Source: Bacilli bacterium (GTDB taxonomy: Bacteria > Bacillota_I > Bacilli_A > RFN20 > CAG-826). From it: a DNA stretch of 64,000 bases. A program made the translations under genes and the position numbers. The DNA is taken from the NCBI GenBank assembly GCA_045222195.1, contig JBGUXN010000003.1:27311-91310 (forward strand), in the 5' to 3' direction. The notes beneath the pieces were generated by a model that worked only from the letters and a program-made list of their open reading frames with translations, had not been told where the DNA came from and searched no databases. Positions within the stretch are counted from its first letter, which is position 1, and the number at the start of each line of letters is the position of its first letter. This document shows positions 38,260-48,900 of this stretch, piece by piece.

Positions 38260-39489
38260 TTAATTAATTGATGTATCTGCAACACTCAAAATAGTTTTAC
38301 ATTTAGTTTCATCTAAGTCACAGTATTCAGTAACGTGACTCATCTTTGTTTTAAAGAAACTACGAACATGACAAGCTGCGGATAAATAAGCACCTAAACC
38401 GTTTTGATGTCTATGATCATCCGCATTATAAATATCGATATGTTCAGTTTCATATGCATAGGTAAAGGCTTTACCGATATAGTTAACTTTGCATCCTGCT
38501 TCTTCTCCAGCATTTGTATACGCTGTTCTTAATTTAGCTTCCATTTCACCAGGAGTTTTGCCATAGCTTGTCGGATCACTAGTGGTATTACTAGGTGTAC
38601 CCCATGTTTCATAAAGGACTGTTTCCGCTTTTGTTTGGGTTTGAGTAATTCTCGCTTTTAATTTCTTAACTGCGGTCACAAATGTATTGTAGTTATTAAT
38701 TGGAGTTGTAGATTGTTCTTGAAGAATTACATAGTCATATTGATTAGTGGTTAATTTAGTTTCGACAACTTTACCAAATTCATCATTATGATCCGCAAAT
38801 TTAGTTAATGTATGACTGCCTTGAACAACATAATCAACATTAACTTCAATACTTAAATTATTAGCGATCTTTTTAAAGTAAGCTGGTACTTCTGGATTAG
38901 TGGTCGTTCCGTAATCACCTTTATAAGTAAATGAATTACCAATAAATAAGAAAGATACTGGTATAGTTGGTATATCTGGCCAAATAGTTATCTCTCCATC
39001 TTCTAAATAGAAATATTTACCACTACTAGTGGGTTTAGTTTCACTATAGTAATAAACATCATTTTCAATGTTATCTAAAGAAGCACCATAAGTATAAATT
39101 GTCGCGCCCTTATTAAATGAATGAATGCCAACACTATTAACTGTTTTAGGTAAGACATATGATTCTAAAGTAAGGGAATTAAAGAAATAATCACCAATAT
39201 TAGAGATGCCTTCGTTGATTGTTACTTTATTAACTTTTTTAACAATTGGATTCCATGGGACTAATTCTTTTCTTTCGTAGTCCTTAGAGGCACCACTACC
39301 AGAAATTGTTAAAGAATAATAATTACCAACTTTCTCTGACTTACAAATTAGTGAATTATCGTTATTAATGGAGATATCAAATTCTCTACCATCATATGAT
39401 TGTTTTTTGTTATTATCTTGCCCACATGCGCATAAAGAAAAAATAGAAATCGCAAAGACAAAAAAGTTAAGACTAATTCTTTTGTTCAT
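38260..39489 (-). CDS. lipoprotein with an N-terminal LRR-like module and an SGNH/GDSL-like hydrolase domain
   Basis: Lipobox 'SLCAC'. 'FLFIGNSFTY' block I-like motif. Confidence 0.55.
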   Translation of the reverse strand: MNKRISLNFFVFAISIFSLCACGQDNNKKQSYDGREFDISINNDNSLICKSEKVGNYYSLTISGSGASKDYERKELVPWNPIVKKVNKVTINEGISNIGDYFFNSLTLESYVLPKTVNSVGIHSFNKGATIYTYGASLDNIENDVYYYSETKPTSSGKYFYLEDGEITIWPDIPTIPVSFLFIGNSFTYKGDYGTTTNPEVPAYFKKIANNLSIEVNVDYVVQGSHTLTKFADHNDEFGKVVETKLTTNQYDYVILQEQSTTPINNYNTFVTAVKKLKARITQTQTKAETVLYETWGTPSNTTSDPTSYGKTPGEMEAKLRTAYTNAGEEAGCKVNYIGKAFTYAYETEHIDIYNADDHRHQNGLGAYLSAACHVRSFFKTKMSHVTEYCDLDETKCKTILSVADTSIN

Positions 39490-39583
39490 ATAAAATTACC
39501 TTCAACTATATTCTATAGGATTATAAATATAAAAAAATAAAATAATTTGGTATATATTCATAACATTTTGATATACTTAAAAT

Positions 39584-40474
39584 ATGAACTATACATATTT
39601 AAATATTTTTTATACTGTAGCTAAGCTACAAAATATATCTAAAGCGGCGGAAGCTTTAGGAGTTACTCAACCCGCAGTATCACGTATTATTTCTAATATT
39701 GAAAAAGAATATCATACGAAGTTATTCTTCCGTAGTAAGACGGGTGTCTCTTTAACTAGAGATGGTTATAATTTATTTGAAATGGTTAAAGGACCATTAA
39801 TTGAATTAGAAAAGATATCAGATAATATTGATGCGAATAAAACATTAGAAAAGATTACTATTCATATAGGGGCTACGAGTACCGCTTTATATTGTTATTT
39901 ATTTAAGCATTTAGAAAATGACATTAAGAAATTATTTCCTAATGTTAATTTTAGAATCTATTCTGATAGTTCCACTAGATTACTTGATATGGTTAATAAA
40001 GGATCTATTGATTTTGCTTTTATTACTACTCCATATAAAGGTAGTGATGATCTAGAAATATACAATATCGCTAAATTAAATGACATTTTAATTGCCCCTA
40101 TTTCATATAAAGAAAAAATTAAAGATAAAGTATCTATTAAAGAATTAAATAATTATCCATTCATTTTATTAAGTAAAGAAATGCAGTTTAGAGAATATAT
40201 TGATGCTTTTTTAAATAAATATGGGATGAATATCACTCCGATATATGAAACAGATAGTTCCGCGATTCTCACCCCATTTGTGGAACTAGGATATGGTTTA
40301 ACTTTCATACCAGATGAAATGGCGGAGAAATCAATTAACGAAGGTAAATGCTATAAAGTAAATATTAAAGAAAAATTACCAGATAGATTTATCGCTTTCG
40401 CGATTAAAAAAGACAAAGTCCGTAACTCTGTCTTTGAAGATATTAAGAATGACATTTTAAATAGTCGGCTATAA
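39584..40474 (+). CDS. LysR-family transcriptional regulator
   Basis: N-terminal HTH 'ISKAAEALGVTQPAVSRIISNIE'. Divergent from the lipoprotein operon. Interrupted dyad GTATAT-N15-ATATAC at 39550-39576. Confidence 0.85.
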   Translation: MNYTYLNIFYTVAKLQNISKAAEALGVTQPAVSRIISNIEKEYHTKLFFRSKTGVSLTRDGYNLFEMVKGPLIELEKISDNIDANKTLEKITIHIGATSTALYCYLFKHLENDIKKLFPNVNFRIYSDSSTRLLDMVNKGSIDFAFITTPYKGSDDLEIYNIAKLNDILIAPISYKEKIKDKVSIKELNNYPFILLSKEMQFREYIDAFLNKYGMNITPIYETDSSAILTPFVELGYGLTFIPDEMAEKSINEGKCYKVNIKEKLPDRFIAFAIKKDKVRNSVFEDIKNDILNSRL

Positions 40475-40563
40475 CTTAAAGTTAAAATCGCATTTATAAC
40501 ATTTAAAGATATTGCCTTTTTTGTAATATAGGTCCACCACACCTAGGACATTTATGACTTTCT

Positions 40564-41553
40564 TTATAGAGGTAGGTCTTTTTTTGTGAATCTTCTACCA
40601 CCGATATAGGCAAATACCGCACCGATGAGTAATAAGATGCCGATCTCCCAAATCCATTGGAATGAGAAGGCACTTAAATCAACATCATTAGTGAACAACG
40701 CATTACAGAAGTTAGACATACTTGGTGTATCAATTAAATAGAATAATGAGATGTAATTGAATAAGTACATTGTTCTAACACCAATACCAACAGCAACAAA
40801 TGCTTCATTACCAAATAAACCTAAGATACAGGCGATAAATGATAAGACAGAAATACCACCACCCGCGGCTATGGAATAATTGTATTTATTAAAGAAGCAA
40901 GATGCTCCAAAACAAATGCCACCTAAACCAAACATGGCCGCGAAAGAACCAAAGCAGAACAATAATGTTCTTAAAGGTATCCATTTCACTTCATTACCCT
41001 GGGCTTTGACAATTAAAGTGGATATTGCTTCACTACCAATAGAGAAGATAGTGATTACAAGATACATCGCTAAGATGGATAAGCATAAGAATAAGTACTG
41101 CGTTCTAACAACCGTTTTACGGTTTGTAGGGGTTGATAAGACATAGGCCATAGAACCATCATTAACTTGGGCTACAACGAGCTTATTCGCGGCGATAATG
41201 ACATAAATCATTGGTAAAAGAATGCCCGCAATCTTATAGATGAGTTCCGCCATGATACTGTTAAGGTCTAATTGTGACATAGCTTGAATTCTCGCTAAGG
41301 AAAAACCCATTGCTTCTAATAAGCCTAAGACCTTTAACCAACCGATATCTTCATCATTGACATAAGTGCTAACCGCATTCATATCAATATTAGTGAAGAT
41401 GTTTTTAGAACCAATTGCTAAATTGATGATTAAGAAGATGATTGCGGCACCTGCTGTTAAAGAGATCCACACCATCTTCATCGATTTTAAGGATTGGATG
41501 AAAAGAGGTTTTGAGATGAATTGTTTTTTCTTATTTACTTGTTCCATTTTCAT
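40564..41553 (-). CDS. ABC-2-type transporter permease
   Basis: 329 aa with six TM helices, downstream of two ABC ATPase genes. Confidence 0.55.
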   Translation of the reverse strand: MKMEQVNKKKQFISKPLFIQSLKSMKMVWISLTAGAAIIFLIINLAIGSKNIFTNIDMNAVSTYVNDEDIGWLKVLGLLEAMGFSLARIQAMSQLDLNSIMAELIYKIAGILLPMIYVIIAANKLVVAQVNDGSMAYVLSTPTNRKTVVRTQYLFLCLSILAMYLVITIFSIGSEAISTLIVKAQGNEVKWIPLRTLLFCFGSFAAMFGLGGICFGASCFFNKYNYSIAAGGGISVLSFIACILGLFGNEAFVAVGIGVRTMYLFNYISLFYLIDTPSMSNFCNALFTNDVDLSAFSFQWIWEIGILLLIGAVFAYIGGRRFTKKDLPL

Positions 41554-42451
41554 TTCCTCCTTTCACGTGTTCTAAGAAATATTTTTCTAAGGTGTATTGT
41601 CTTTCTACGATTGATTTGATGTTTCGTTTTCTTAACTCTCGAATCATGCCATCTGTTTTATATAGGTCAACTTTGACCACTATTCGACGTTTTCTTTCGT
41701 CTCTTTCTAAAACTTCGACTTGTGATGTATCTGCTTCTTTATAGCTCTCATCATCAGAGAACACTATTTCATATTCTCTAAATGGACGAGAATGTATTTC
41801 TTTCATATCAACGATATCAATGATGTGTCCATCTTTGATAAAGGCGACATAATCGCATGTCTCTTCTAATTCATCAAACATATGGTTAGACATGAAGATT
41901 GTTGTGCCTTTCGCTTTTTCTTCTTTAATTAAATCAATAAAAGCTTTTCTCATTAATGGATCTAAGCCTGTTGTAGGCTCATCTAATAAGAGAATCTCTG
42001 GTTGGCGCATAAATGCCGCGACTAAAGCGGTCTTTTGCTTCATACCTTTAGACATTCTTCTTAAGTTCGCGGTTGGGTCAAGTTGCAGAGCGTTAATGAC
42101 TTCTTCCGCTTTGCTCATATCAGTGATACCAAACATAGAAGCTTGGATATTTAAGAACTCTGTACCTGTTTCGACATCAGGGAAAGCGATTTCACCTGGG
42201 ACATAACCAATATATGGCATGATATCTTCAGCGTTTTTATAAGCATCTAAGCCTTTGACTTTAACTTCACCTTTATCTGGTTTTAAAAAACCCATGATAT
42301 GTCTAATTGTTGTGGTTTTGCCAGAACCATTAGTGCCGCAATAACCAAATGTCGCGCCTTTAGGTATATCAAAAGATACATCAAAGATGCCTCGTCCTTG
42401 GCCATAGTCTTTAGTTAAGTTTTTCACACTGATAATTATTTCTTCACTCAT
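41531..42451 (-). CDS. ABC transporter ATP-binding protein
   Basis: 'GTNGSGKTTT', 'MSKGMKQK', 'LLLDEPTTGLD'. Confidence 0.85.
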   Translation of the reverse strand: MSEEIIISVKNLTKDYGQGRGIFDVSFDIPKGATFGYCGTNGSGKTTTIRHIMGFLKPDKGEVKVKGLDAYKNAEDIMPYIGYVPGEIAFPDVETGTEFLNIQASMFGITDMSKAEEVINALQLDPTANLRRMSKGMKQKTALVAAFMRQPEILLLDEPTTGLDPLMRKAFIDLIKEEKAKGTTIFMSNHMFDELEETCDYVAFIKDGHIIDIVDMKEIHSRPFREYEIVFSDDESYKEADTSQVEVLERDERKRRIVVKVDLYKTDGMIRELRKRNIKSIVERQYTLEKYFLEHVKGGNENGTSK

Positions 42452-43398
42452 TTTGTGTTCCCCTTAACGCCAGAAAGGCCACCAAATTCTTTTTCTTCTT
42501 TATAGAAGGACATAAAGTAGTCTTGTAATGTAAATGGTTTTTCTTCAAATTCTTTAATCTTGATACCAAATAAAGAATCAAAGAAATCGTGGTAATTCTT
42601 TTTATTAAATTCTATAGTGGCCGTTAGATTAACTTCGTTAGTATCCACGACTTTGAATTTATTTCTACTATTAAGATATAAATCCATATTTTCTTTATCT
42701 AAGAAATGGAGAATATATGTTTGATTATCCATATTCTTGAGGTCATTTGCCTTAAAGGTAGAGACGTGTTTACCGTCTTTAATAATACTTATCGTGTCAC
42801 AAGTCGCGTCTACTTCAGAGAAGATATGAGAAGAGAGTAAGATGGTCTTACCTCTTTTCTTTTCTTCAATGACAAAGTCAATAAAGACTTTTTGCATAAT
42901 TGGATCTAAACCTGATGTTGGTTCGTCTAAGATTAATACATCAGGATCATTCATAAAAGCGGACACTACTGCGAGTTTTCTTTTATCCCCTAAGGACATT
43001 GATTTAATAGATAAAGATGGATCTAATTTAAAGATATCGATGAGATGATTAAGCATCTCTTCATTCTTATTGCCTCTCATCTCTTCCATCATATGCAAGA
43101 ATTCCCAACCATTCATATATAACGGTAAAGCTGGTTCACCAGGAAGATAGCCCACTTTTTCTAATATCTTATCGGTATTACCAAATGTTTCTTCTCCAAA
43201 GATCTGTACTTTACCCACAGATGTTTTAGAGAAACCCATGATGTGTCTGATTGTTGTGGACTTACCCGCCCCATTAGGGCCTAAATAGCCATAGCATTCA
43301 CCTTTATGGACTTTAATAGAGACATCAAAAACACCACGACCATAACCATAGTCTTTAGTTAAATGTTCAACATTAATGATGACTTCTTTTTCTTCCAT
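42448..43398 (-). CDS. ABC transporter ATP-binding protein
   Basis: 'GPNGAGKSTT', 'LSLGDKRK', 'LILDEPTSGLD'. Confidence 0.85.
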   Translation of the reverse strand: MEEKEVIINVEHLTKDYGYGRGVFDVSIKVHKGECYGYLGPNGAGKSTTIRHIMGFSKTSVGKVQIFGEETFGNTDKILEKVGYLPGEPALPLYMNGWEFLHMMEEMRGNKNEEMLNHLIDIFKLDPSLSIKSMSLGDKRKLAVVSAFMNDPDVLILDEPTSGLDPIMQKVFIDFVIEEKKRGKTILLSSHIFSEVDATCDTISIIKDGKHVSTFKANDLKNMDNQTYILHFLDKENMDLYLNSRNKFKVVDTNEVNLTATIEFNKKNYHDFFDSLFGIKIKEFEEKPFTLQDYFMSFYKEEKEFGGLSGVKGNTK

Positions 43399-43401
43399 TC
43401 T

Positions 43402-44064
43402 TTATTTCTTTGATAAACCTAATTTTAAGACATGGAAGTCACGATAGACTTTTCCATCATGATCATCTGCGTAATGTGTATTAATTGTGGCTATTTCTTC
43501 TGCAGTTGGATGAGTACCGATATCATGCTTACCTTCTGGGGTCGCTAAAAAGTCATCATCAGTGACTTCTTCACTGTTCCATTTCGTAGAACTTAAATCA
43601 TAGCCATACCAATATAATTGGAACATTAAATCATCGATACTGACTGGTAAATAGAAATTAACGATATTTTGATTAATAGAGGCCACAAAGAGTAGGTCTA
43701 TAATCTTCGTTGGCAATTCATATTCCCCTAAGAAGTTAATACCAATATTAAGTCTAGTTTCATCATAGACTTTAATGTTCTTATCAATATAGTAATAACC
43801 AGTAATTGGTGATAATTCTTTTAGTACTTCTGAAAAAGAATCTTCCACATCAGAAGTCATTAAATCTAAACCTAGTTCAAACTTCTGACCCTTATCAGGA
43901 GTTGATTCATCATAGTTATCTTTAGTAAGTTTTAAAGAGACAGCGATATGAGTGTCTTTAGCTTTACCCATTTGGAAAGTATATTCTCCATATGGTCCTT
44001 TATTAGCGCACCCAATAAGTAAAGGTACAATACCCAAAAGAGTTAATGACTTTTGATATTTCAT
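43402..44064 (-). CDS. lipoprotein, first gene of the ABC-2 operon
   Basis: Lipobox 'LLIGC'. Confidence 0.55.
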   Translation of the reverse strand: MKYQKSLTLLGIVPLLIGCANKGPYGEYTFQMGKAKDTHIAVSLKLTKDNYDESTPDKGQKFELGLDLMTSDVEDSFSEVLKELSPITGYYYIDKNIKVYDETRLNIGINFLGEYELPTKIIDLLFVASINQNIVNFYLPVSIDDLMFQLYWYGYDLSSTKWNSEEVTDDDFLATPEGKHDIGTHPTAEEIATINTHYADDHDGKVYRDFHVLKLGLSKK

Positions 44065-44111
44065 AAACTTACCTCCATAAGATAACTTAATATTATTATA
44101 TTAATAACAAG

Positions 44112-44633
44112 TTATTTTGTTAATAAACAAAGATATTTTTCAAATGCTTTGTTATAAATATCGACAAGCTCAGGATTAATGACACACATATAAACATATT
44201 TAAGTGTTTTAGGCTTATAGTTACAAAGTACTTGCCCCACTATATCAGCAGCTTCTTCTACTGGATACATAAAAACACCAGTGGATATCGAAGGAAACGC
44301 GATTGATTCTAAACCTAATTCATCAGCGATTCTTAAACAGTTCAAATAACAACTCTTTAGAGTTTCTTTAGGATTAGGATCACTATAATATCTAGGGCCC
44401 ACTGTATGAATAATATATTTATTATTTAAGTTATAGGCTTTAGTGACTTTGGCCTCACCTGGTCTGCAGCCATGTAATGTGCGACATTCTTCTAAGAGTT
44501 TTGGGCCTGCCGCTCTATGAATGGCACCATCAACGCCACCACCACCTAAAAGAGATTCATTCGCGGCATTAACTATCGCGTCCGCTTTGGAACCTATTTT
44601 AGTAATATCTTGTAAGATGGCTTTAATAATCAT
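44112..44633 (-). CDS. macro-domain protein (O-acetyl-ADP-ribose deacetylase type)
   Basis: '[26 protein letters not shown]' and '[11 protein letters not shown]'. Confidence 0.85.
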   Translation of the reverse strand: MIIKAILQDITKIGSKADAIVNAANESLLGGGGVDGAIHRAAGPKLLEECRTLHGCRPGEAKVTKAYNLNNKYIIHTVGPRYYSDPNPKETLKSCYLNCLRIADELGLESIAFPSISTGVFMYPVEEAADIVGQVLCNYKPKTLKYVYMCVINPELVDIYNKAFEKYLCLLTK

Positions 44634-44642
44634 AATTCTTTG

Positions 44643-44972
44643 TCATTTAGTAAGTTCTTTAATAATTTCGTTAAGATCTCTTTTTGCGTAGACAACACGT
44701 AGTATGACAATCATGTCTTCGCTAGCGTTATATAAGTAATAAATGATGTAATTATCCACGAAAGCTTTTCTAATGTTCTTCTCCATCACCAACTCATTTT
44801 CCAGTCTCGGATAACTTTCTGGAAAAAGACAAATATGGGATATTTTTTGATTAACTTTTTCGAAAAAACTTTTAGCAGCGTTTGGGTTATTTAGTTTTCT
44901 AGCGATATAAAACAAAATGTCGTTAAATTCTTTTTGAGCGATACTAGTGAATACATATGAGTTAGAAACCAT
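44643..44972 (-). CDS. type II toxin, RelE/ParE family
   Basis: 109 aa. Overlaps the upstream antitoxin gene by 11 nt. C-terminal 'IVILRVVYAKRD' pattern. Confidence 0.6.
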   Translation of the reverse strand: MVSNSYVFTSIAQKEFNDILFYIARKLNNPNAAKSFFEKVNQKISHICLFPESYPRLENELVMEKNIRKAFVDNYIIYYLYNASEDMIVILRVVYAKRDLNEIIKELTK

Positions 44973-45219
44973 ATTTTTGTTTCAATTCTTCAAGCACCTC
45001 TTTACCATCACGCACTTTACCGGCTTTTAATTCGGCAATTCCTTCATTAACCAATTTTGCTTCATAGATTTGATTAACCAATTTTTCAAAGTACTCGATA
45101 TCCATGACCACTAATTTGCCGTAACCGTTCTTTGTGATAAAAACTGGCGCTTGGCTTTCAACGCACATATTTTCAATTTTCACGGTATCTTTAAGATCTC
45201 TCATTGGTACTATTTGCAT
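44962..45219 (-). CDS. type II antitoxin, Phd/YefM family
   Basis: 'PVFITKNGYGKLVVMDIEYFEKL' Phd/YefM core. Confidence 0.7.
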   Translation of the reverse strand: MQIVPMRDLKDTVKIENMCVESQAPVFITKNGYGKLVVMDIEYFEKLVNQIYEAKLVNEGIAELKAGKVRDGKEVLEELKQKYGF

Positions 45220-45234
45220 AATCGTTATCTCCTA

Positions 45235-45270
45235 ATTGTGACTAAATTATATATCATATTCGGTCACAAT
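45235..45270. promoter_or_regulatory. inverted repeat, candidate TA operator
   Basis: ATTGTGAC-N20-GTCACAAT, immediately upstream of the antitoxin start. Confidence 0.4.
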
Positions 45271-45424
45271 GCAATTAATTAGGTGCTTATTCTCCTTTCT
45301 TTTTAAGCTTTATTATGTTGGCGAATATAAATAAAAGAGGAAGAAATATGCGCTTTAAGCGCTTTCGTCCCCTTTCAATATTCGTTCTACTAATATTATA
45401 TCAAATATTGATATAACTACAAGG

Positions 45425-45928
45425 CTATTCGCCCAATATTTCTGCTCTTCTACGATCGTATTCTTCTTGAGTGATAACTCCACCCTTAAGAAGTCTTTCA
45501 TATCTAGCAAGTCTTTCCATATCTTGTTGATCTAAGATACGATTTGCTTTTTGCTGTATTTCAGGAGCGGATTCTCCTTCTAATTGATGTTTTGTTAAGT
45601 AATTTAATGCATGGTCTATGTATTTTTGTTCTGATCTACCAATGCAAGAGACAATGATTAGAACAAGCGCCACCAAAAACATAAAGCCAAACAAACCAAC
45701 AGGAATAAAGAATATCCATGTTGGGAAATCAGCATCAATAGCGCCCGCTTTATCAAGGATGATATAAACAAGGCCGAGTAACGCTAAAACCAGCAATGAC
45801 ACAAAGCCTAAAATAAAGCCTAAAGACCTTGGTATCCAATAAAGTCTTGGATAATGTTGTTTGCCAAACGCTAAGAGTTGTTCTCTTGAATATTCTTTAC
45901 CATTAACTGTGTATGTTTGTTGTTTCAT
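45425..45928 (-). CDS. membrane protein with a C-terminal SHOCT domain
   Basis: Two TM helices. C-terminal 'LLKGGVITQEEYDRRRAEIL'. I prefer the ATG at 45928, preceded by GAGGTG. Confidence 0.6.
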   Translation of the reverse strand: MKQQTYTVNGKEYSREQLLAFGKQHYPRLYWIPRSLGFILGFVSLLVLALLGLVYIILDKAGAIDADFPTWIFFIPVGLFGFMFLVALVLIIVSCIGRSEQKYIDHALNYLTKHQLEGESAPEIQQKANRILDQQDMERLARYERLLKGGVITQEEYDRRRAEILGE

Positions 45929-45932
45929 ATTG

Positions 45933-48900
45933 TTACACCTCATCAAATAAGCTCATTTGAGTATATGCTTCATCAATATCTTTCAAATCCTTAACAACGA
46001 ATTCAAAGAGGCTAATGATAGATTCATAGTCTTTAACTGCACTGTTAGGAATACGAATTAATTTTATACCATAATTTTTGCAGATTTCTTCTTTTTGTCT
46101 ATCTAATGCAGCTGTCCTCTTGCTACCGATGTGTTCGCCACCGTCAATCTCAAAAACAACTACTGTTTTATAACGGTTATTGAATATACCTTGGCTAGCT
46201 TGAACTACTACATCGAATTCTTTTTTACCAATTATAGAAAGGTCTTCTTTGCGAACATCTTTAATTGCTTCGGCAACAGGAACGTTTCTACTTACTCTAA
46301 ATTTAGTACCTCTTCTGTTGAAATAAGGCTGAATGGTATCGAAAAAGTCTTTCTCGTTCTTTGAATCGTTAGAGAAATCATAGGAAATAATTGCGTCACT
46401 TTTTGGCACAATAATTTCGCCGTTTTTATAAACGTAATCAGATAAGACTTTAATATCATTCTTTTCTTCACCGCTTAGCTTATCGATAGCCTCTTTATCA
46501 CCCACAAAGATGAATCTTTCTTTTGCTCTGGTGACAGCGACGTTGATTAATTCATGGTTGTCTTTAATCCACGCCATTGTTTTCTTGCCAGTTCTTGGAG
46601 ATAATGCAGCAGACATGATGATGACTGATTTTTCAGAACCTTGAAGCGTATGAACTGTTCCAGCTTTGATATCATCTCTGCCCATACGAATTAACAAACT
46701 GTTAATCATTTCGGCCTGATTGACAAACGGGGTTATGATGCCAACATCTTTATACTTATTATCTTTGATAATTTTAGCGATTTGGATGGCTTCTTCTCTG
46801 TATGCGTTTCTAGCGTTTGGATTAAATGTGTTTTTCACGTTGTAATAAGTCAATTCACCAGAATTATCGTTAAGAAGTTTGAGCTGCTCATTATAGAATC
46901 TTTGGTTAACAAAGCTTGCAATCTTTTTGCCGCATCTATAGTGATATCTCAAAAGAATGTTCTTGGAGTTGTTGTCTTTTCTAAGCATCGTTTTAAGAAT
47001 TGAATTATGAACATAGTCATACTCTTCTGAGATTCCATATCGCTCCATTAAATCTTCGTTAACGTTTTCTTCAATAACGGTGACCGGTTGAAGCTGATTG
47101 GTATCACCAACAAGTAAAAGATTCTCGCCTCTAACGATTGGAATTAACGAAGACGCCGTATTGCATTGTCCTGCTTCATCCATGATAACCAAATCGAATT
47201 GTGGTTTTGGTTTACCGAGTTTATCACAAGAAAGGTTGGTGCATATTACAATTGGGAAAACTAGCAAGAATCTTCTAAGATTGGTGTCTTTTCTAATCCA
47301 TTTATTGAACTGCCTCACCGCTTCTTCTAAATCCTCGATAGCGATAATATTCCTTAACTCCTTGAATATATCGTTTGATAATCTTTTAAACCTGAGTAAG
47401 GAAGAATAATAAACATAGTTTTGGAAGTGTCTATCTTCAGAAGCAGAAACTGCGTATTTCAAAACATCTTCATCGCTTATTTTTCTCGCGTTTTGTGCTT
47501 TTTCTTGATAAGCCCGAATCTGTTCATCAAGTTTGGTGTTGATTCTGTCGATTGTTGTCAGATTTCTAATCTTTTGAAGAGTTTCAATTCTTTCATTTAA
47601 ATCGATTTGCTCTTCATATTCGACGAGGAGGTCTCTAAGCTCTTTGAAGTCCGCTAAAGATTTGTCTTTGCTGGCTTCTGTTGATTTTTCTTTGACTGTG
47701 GCGTCTTCATTTTCATTAACAAAGTTAAGTATCTCTCTTAACTTGAGAATTGTGTTTTGTGTTTCTAAATTATTACCTATGCGAATAATTGGGAAAATAA
47801 TGTTTTCTCTTTCGCTGGCGGTTCTTCTTTTAATTGTTAAAGTGCCGTCCATCTTTTTGAATATATCTGAAACAGGGTGGTTGTTGTTTGAACAAACTAA
47901 AACGGTCTTGTCGTTAGCATAAGCCGAAAGCAAAACGTTGAATATAGTTTCGGTTTTTCCGGTGCCGGGAGGTCCTTTAACGTACGTTACACGGTTAACC
48001 ATTGAGTTATAGACAACACGCATTTGGTCAATATTGATTTTCTTTCTATCAAAAACAACAATGTTAACTTCTTTAGATGTACCGCTCTTGCTCTTGTTTC
48101 TTCCAAAGAACGCTCTAAGCGGAACAGTCAACTTACCTTCTTTATCCATTTGATGAATTGCTTCAAAGGCCTCATCAACACCACGATAGCAATCTCTCAT
48201 CAAAAAGAAGATGGTTGGACGGGTATTAACTTTTTCGCCATTATGGAAGTTTTGTTCAATTAATTTGATATATTCCCTTTCGTATTCATCATAATGGGCA
48301 CAGAAATCATCTGGATTGGCATCCAAATACATGCCAAGGGTAACCTTTCTTTCTTCTGTGACTAAGAATGATTTATTAATGGATGTCTTATCCGACATCT
48401 TGAGTGTTTTGTTCTTGAAGTTAAGAGATAAGGTGCGATATGCCACAACATATTGTTTGTCATTTAAATCAATCGAGAACTTATTGATAGCAAGGGTTTG
48501 ATATCTATTGATTTCTTCAGCTTCGTTTTTAGGCTTTTTGAATACCCTGTCTAAAAGAGCTTGGAATTGCTTGTCGTCCAATTTATATTTGCCGCTTTCA
48601 AAAAGAGTGTGCGTATCAATGCCGTCTATCATGACAACGTCTTTTAAAAATGGATCGTTATCTAATCTATAACAATCAGATAAGTACCTAAGAATATTGT
48701 TATCGAAATTAACTACTTCTAAATATTCCCCTATTTTCTTATCATTAGTAACTCTCTCCACTAATTCTTTAGGAGATTCGTAGTAACTATTTTCTAATAC
48801 CGATGCTGTTTTGATTCCGTCGACGAAAATGAAGGTGTTTTTGCCACCCATCATGACTTCTGTGCTTTTGTGGGGGTTAAAAATATCACAAACGATTCTG

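Noticed and set aside
45350-45362. GCGC-UUUAA-GCGC hairpin after the SHOCT gene as a terminator.
   Set aside because: The stem is only 4 bp and the U-tract is weak. Too marginal to annotate.
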